Shown here: piece by piece, positions 60,648 through 64,000 of the stretch | Layout of the letters: every line of letters begins with the position of its first letter | Position numbering within the stretch: position 1 is the stretch's first letter | Assembly: GCF_988243305.1 (NCBI RefSeq) | Contig: NZ_OZ547136.1 | Reading direction: 5' to 3' (one strand) | Length of the DNA: 64,000 bases | Translations under genes and position numbers: made by a program | The notes under the pieces: model-generated | Databases searched by the model: none | What the model was told of the DNA's origin: nothing | What the model saw: only the letters and a program-made list of their open reading frames with translations

Positions 60648-63600
60648 TCAACGAATACTGATGCCGGAAGCGGCTTTTTTGGTCACAATCACCGTACAGT
60701 CGGTGATATTGCCTGCCCCCTGATTGCCTTTCTGGAAAATCTTAAACTCCAGAGTGACGCTACCACCACCACTAGGCATATCAATAACTGCACTGTAACT
60801 ACCGGGAATGGCCCCTTTAGTTTCTCTGGATGCGATTAATACGCCGTTTTTGCGAACTTCAAAACCATAACCCGTGTATCGCGTGCCTCCTGGGTTATTT
60901 CCGCTCCCCGGATCGTCATACGCTATACCGTTAAAAATAATGGGCGGAATAATAATCTGGCGGTCAAAGTTATGATCATCGCTGATGGTGACTGTAACCG
61001 TACCGTTTGGTGTTTCCGTGTTACCCCACGTACCGACTTTTTTCGGGAAGGCTTTTGATACAGCTTTAACGAAATCCCCTCTGACCTGGGTCGCCTCCAG
61101 CATGCCCTTAATCGTACAGTTCTGGTTAATCTTGACATTGTTGAGCGTTCCTGAGTTCGCATTCACACTGCCACTGATATCCGCATTTTTAGCGGTCAGC
61201 TTTCCGTCTGATGTCAGGGAAAATACCGGAGGACTGCCACCGCTGGTAATGGTGGGGGCCGTCAGGCGCTTCAGGAACACGTCGTTCATGAATATCTGGT
61301 TGCCCTGCGCCACAAACATCGGCGTTTCATTCCCGTTTGCCGGGTCAATAAACGCGATACGGTTAGCGGCAACCAGAAACTGGCTCAGCTTGCCTTCCTC
61401 CGTGTCCTCCATGCTGAGGCCAATACCCGCGACATAATGTTTGCCGTCTTTGGTCTGCTCAATTTTGACGCCCCACATGGCATTCCATTTATCGTTAGCG
61501 TCCTTCCACTCTTTCGAAAACTCCTCCAGTCTGCTGGCGTTATCTTCCGTCAGCTCAAAGTTTTCCAGCAGTTCCTTGCCGAGATGCGTTTTATTGATCA
61601 ACCCTTTATAAAAATTCAGATAACCTTCCGCATCATCGCTCGCCCGACCGACGGCCTCCACAAATGCCGATTTACCAACGGTGTTCACGCTGCGGATATA
61701 AAAGTAATAATCATAACCTGGCTTAATATTGCTACTGGCGGCTATCCAGTACAGCGCCGTACCAAGATAACGCGCGCTGGTTTCAACCTGCCTGATATCG
61801 ATAATCCGCTTTTCCGAGAACCAGAACTCAAACTGCACCGTCGGGTCATATACAGCCAGTTTCGGGACCGCTGTTATCTGAAAATACCCTGGTATCAGTT
61901 CAATAGTGACAGGCGCTGCCGGTGCCGCAATCCGGAACGATACCGATGCCGGATCGCCCTGCTGCCCCCACGCATTTACCGCCCGGACCGTCAGCGTGTA
62001 ACGCCCCAGCGCCAGTTGCCTGAAGCGGTATGTGGTTTCCGCCGTCCGGGCCGTGCTGACCAGCCGCTCACTGCCGTCATCCGCTGTTACGGTCAGACGG
62101 AGCAGGAAGCTCACGCCCTTCACCACCTTCGGCGTGTCCCAGCGCGCCAGCACCTGGTATTCCCCGCTGTCTGCGGTGACTTCTGCGGTCAGGTGCTGCA
62201 CCGCTGGCGGCGTGACACCATTTACCGTGCCGCTCTGGTCGCCGTCAAAGTGCGCCCCGTTATCCACGATGGCCTCTTTTTCCGGTACATGCTGCACGGC
62301 GGTGATGGCATACGTGCCGTCGTCGTTCTCACGGATACTCACGCAGCGGAACAGGCGCTGGCGCAGCGTCGGCAGCTTCAGCCCCCATACGCTGTATTCA
62401 GCAACGCCGTCAGGAACACGGCTCACTTTCACCTTCACGCCGTCGGTGACGGACTGAACCTCCACGCTGACCGGACTCCCCTGCCCGTCAACCAGGCTTA
62501 TCAGCGTGGTGCCGGAAGATGGCAGCGTGATTTCACGGTCGAGCGTCAGCGTCCGGGTCTGGCTGTTTACCGCCAGCACGCGCCCGCCGGTGCGGATACC
62601 GGCATAGTCATCATCGCAGATTTCAATGACATCGCCCGGTACATGGCGAAGCCCTTCGGCACCCACGCTGAAGTCCACGGTCTGCGTTTCCAGCAGTTCT
62701 GTTTTAATCAGCCACAGCCCGGCGCGGTGTGCCTGCCCCCGGCTGGTACAGCCAAAAGCATCCATCTTCGTGACGTTACGACCGTAACGGGCAATGGCCT
62801 GCGTGTCCTCCACAAGCTCTGTCGCCGTCTCCCAGCCGTTATTCGGGTCAATCCAGTTCACCTCAACGGCATTATGGCGGTCCTTCAGGGCGCTGAAGCT
62901 GTAGCGGAACGGCGCGCCATCATCCGGCATCACCACATTACTGCGGTTATAGGTCCACACCTTATCCGACGGTCGGTCCTGCACGAACGTCAGCGTCTGC
63001 CCGTTCCATACCGGCATACAGCGCATCGCCGAGCAGAAATCACTGAGCACATCCCACGCCTTACGCTGTGTGGTCAGCCAGGCATTACAGGTGATGCGCG
63101 GCTCCGTGCCGCCAAAACCATTCGGTACCAACTGGTCGCAGTACTGGCCGATAACGTACAGCGCCCATTTGTCCACATCTGCCGCACCAAGACGTTTCCC
63201 CATGCCGTAGCGCGGGTGGGTCAGCATATCCCACAGACACCAGGCCATGTTGTTGCTGTATGCTGGCTTTAACGTTCCGTCCCAGATACCGCTGTATTGC
63301 CGCGTCTGCGGGTTATAGTTCGACGGCACCTGCAGAATACGCCCGCGAAGATGATAATTACGGCTCACCTGCTGGCTGCCGAACTGCTCCGAGTCCACCT
63401 GCACGCCGACCAGTGCCGTGTTCGGGTAGCACTGTTTCACATCGATGATTTCGGTGTATGACGACCAGAGCGTTTTGTTCTGCAGCTGGTCTGTGGTGCT
63501 GTCCGGCGTCATCCTGCGCATCCGGATATTAAACGGGCGCGGCGGCAGGCTACCCACCACCACCGAGGCCAGATACTGCGAGGTGGTTTTGCCCTTAATG

Positions 63601-64000
63601 GTGATGTCTTTTTCCGTCACCCAGCCACCGTTACGTTGTATCTGAACCAGCAGACGGACTTCCGACGGATTCCTGTCACCCTTTGAGGTGTTTTCCACCA
63701 GTGCCTGTACACCGAAGGTAAAGCGCAGACGGTCGATGTTTGCAGACGTAATGGTGCGGGTGATCGGCGTGTCATATTTCACTTCCGTACCCAGCACCGT
63801 CTCGGAGCCGGAGGATTCAAACCCCTCCGGCGGTGTCTGCTCCTGCTCACCGGCACGGAACACCACCGTGACACCGGAGATGTTGGTATTCCCCTCAGTG
63901 TCCAGCACCGGCGTACTGTTCAGCAGCACGCTTTTTAATCCATCCACCGGACCTTCAACCGGCCCTTCGCTGATGGCATCGATCACACTCAGCAACTGCG
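60648..64000 (-). CDS. J: Tail tip host-specificity protein J; 5' end lies beyond the window
   Basis: At least 1115 aa closely resembling lambda J from [11 protein letters not shown] onward; lambda J has about 20 further N-terminal residues, so the true start is outside the window. Confidence 0.93.
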   Translation of the reverse strand, partial: QLLSVIDAISEGPVEGPVDGLKSVLLNSTPVLDTEGNTNISGVTVVFRAGEQEQTPPEGFESSGSETVLGTEVKYDTPITRTITSANIDRLRFTFGVQALVENTSKGDRNPSEVRLLVQIQRNGGWVTEKDITIKGKTTSQYLASVVVGSLPPRPFNIRMRRMTPDSTTDQLQNKTLWSSYTEIIDVKQCYPNTALVGVQVDSEQFGSQQVSRNYHLRGRILQVPSNYNPQTRQYSGIWDGTLKPAYSNNMAWCLWDMLTHPRYGMGKRLGAADVDKWALYVIGQYCDQLVPNGFGGTEPRITCNAWLTTQRKAWDVLSDFCSAMRCMPVWNGQTLTFVQDRPSDKVWTYNRSNVVMPDDGAPFRYSFSALKDRHNAVEVNWIDPNNGWETATELVEDTQAIARYGRNVTKMDAFGCTSRGQAHRAGLWLIKTELLETQTVDFSVGAEGLRHVPGDVIEICDDDYAGIRTGGRVLAVNSQTRTLTLDREITLPSSGTTLISLVDGQGSPVSVEVQSVTDGVKVKVSRVPDGVAEYSVWGLKLPTLRQRLFRCVSIRENDDGTYAITAVQHVPEKEAIVDNGAHFDGDQSGTVNGVTPPAVQHLTAEVTADSGEYQVLARWDTPKVVKGVSFLLRLTVTADDGSERLVSTARTAETTYRFRQLALGRYTLTVRAVNAWGQQGDPASVSFRIAAPAAPVTIELIPGYFQITAVPKLAVYDPTVQFEFWFSEKRIIDIRQVETSARYLGTALYWIAASSNIKPGYDYYFYIRSVNTVGKSAFVEAVGRASDDAEGYLNFYKGLINKTHLGKELLENFELTEDNASRLEEFSKEWKDANDKWNAMWGVKIEQTKDGKHYVAGIGLSMEDTEEGKLSQFLVAANRIAFIDPANGNETPMFVAQGNQIFMNDVFLKRLTAPTITSGGSPPVFSLTSDGKLTAKNADISGSVNANSGTLNNVKINQNCTIKGMLEATQVRGDFVKAVSKAFPKKVGTWGNTETPNGTVTVTISDDHNFDRQIIIPPIIFNGIAYDDPGSGNNPGGTRYTGYGFEVRKNGVLIASRETKGAIPGSYSAVIDMPSGGGSVTLEFKIFQKGNQGAGNITDCTVIVTKKAASGISIR

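Larger units (their letters stand above)
54871..64000 (-). mobile_element. Lambda-like prophage, tail-fiber-proximal end; continues beyond the window
   Basis: Gene order J - lom - stf - tfa with lambda-like proteins; junction with chromosome inside yecE at about 54871. Confidence 0.9.

Noticed and set aside
61437-63272. 611-aa ORF on the plus strand
   Set aside because: Antisense to J, which is the strongly supported reading frame; the translation is Arg/His-rich with no recognisable domain.

Overview
This window reads as an Escherichia coli chromosomal segment syntenic with the K-12 manXYZ to aspS-yecD region (gene identities recalled from memory, no database search run). It carries three accessory insertions on that backbone: (1) an IS200/IS605-family element with divergent tnpA and tnpB between ptrB and yebE; (2) a 1329-bp IS10 copy in the 3' end of yebB, between ruvA and ruvC; (3) from about 54871 to the window end, the tail-fiber end of a lambda-like prophage integrated inside yecE (partial J, lom, stf, tfa). 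The most interesting part is the prophage cargo next to the junction: an AT-rich class I SAM-dependent methyltransferase of unknown function sits between duplicated tfa 3' segments, and a DinI-like gene lies behind two tandem LexA boxes. No rRNA, tRNA or CRISPR array was recognised. Many long ORFs in the six-frame track are antisense or alternate-frame artefacts, and several real genes start downstream of the longest ORF.
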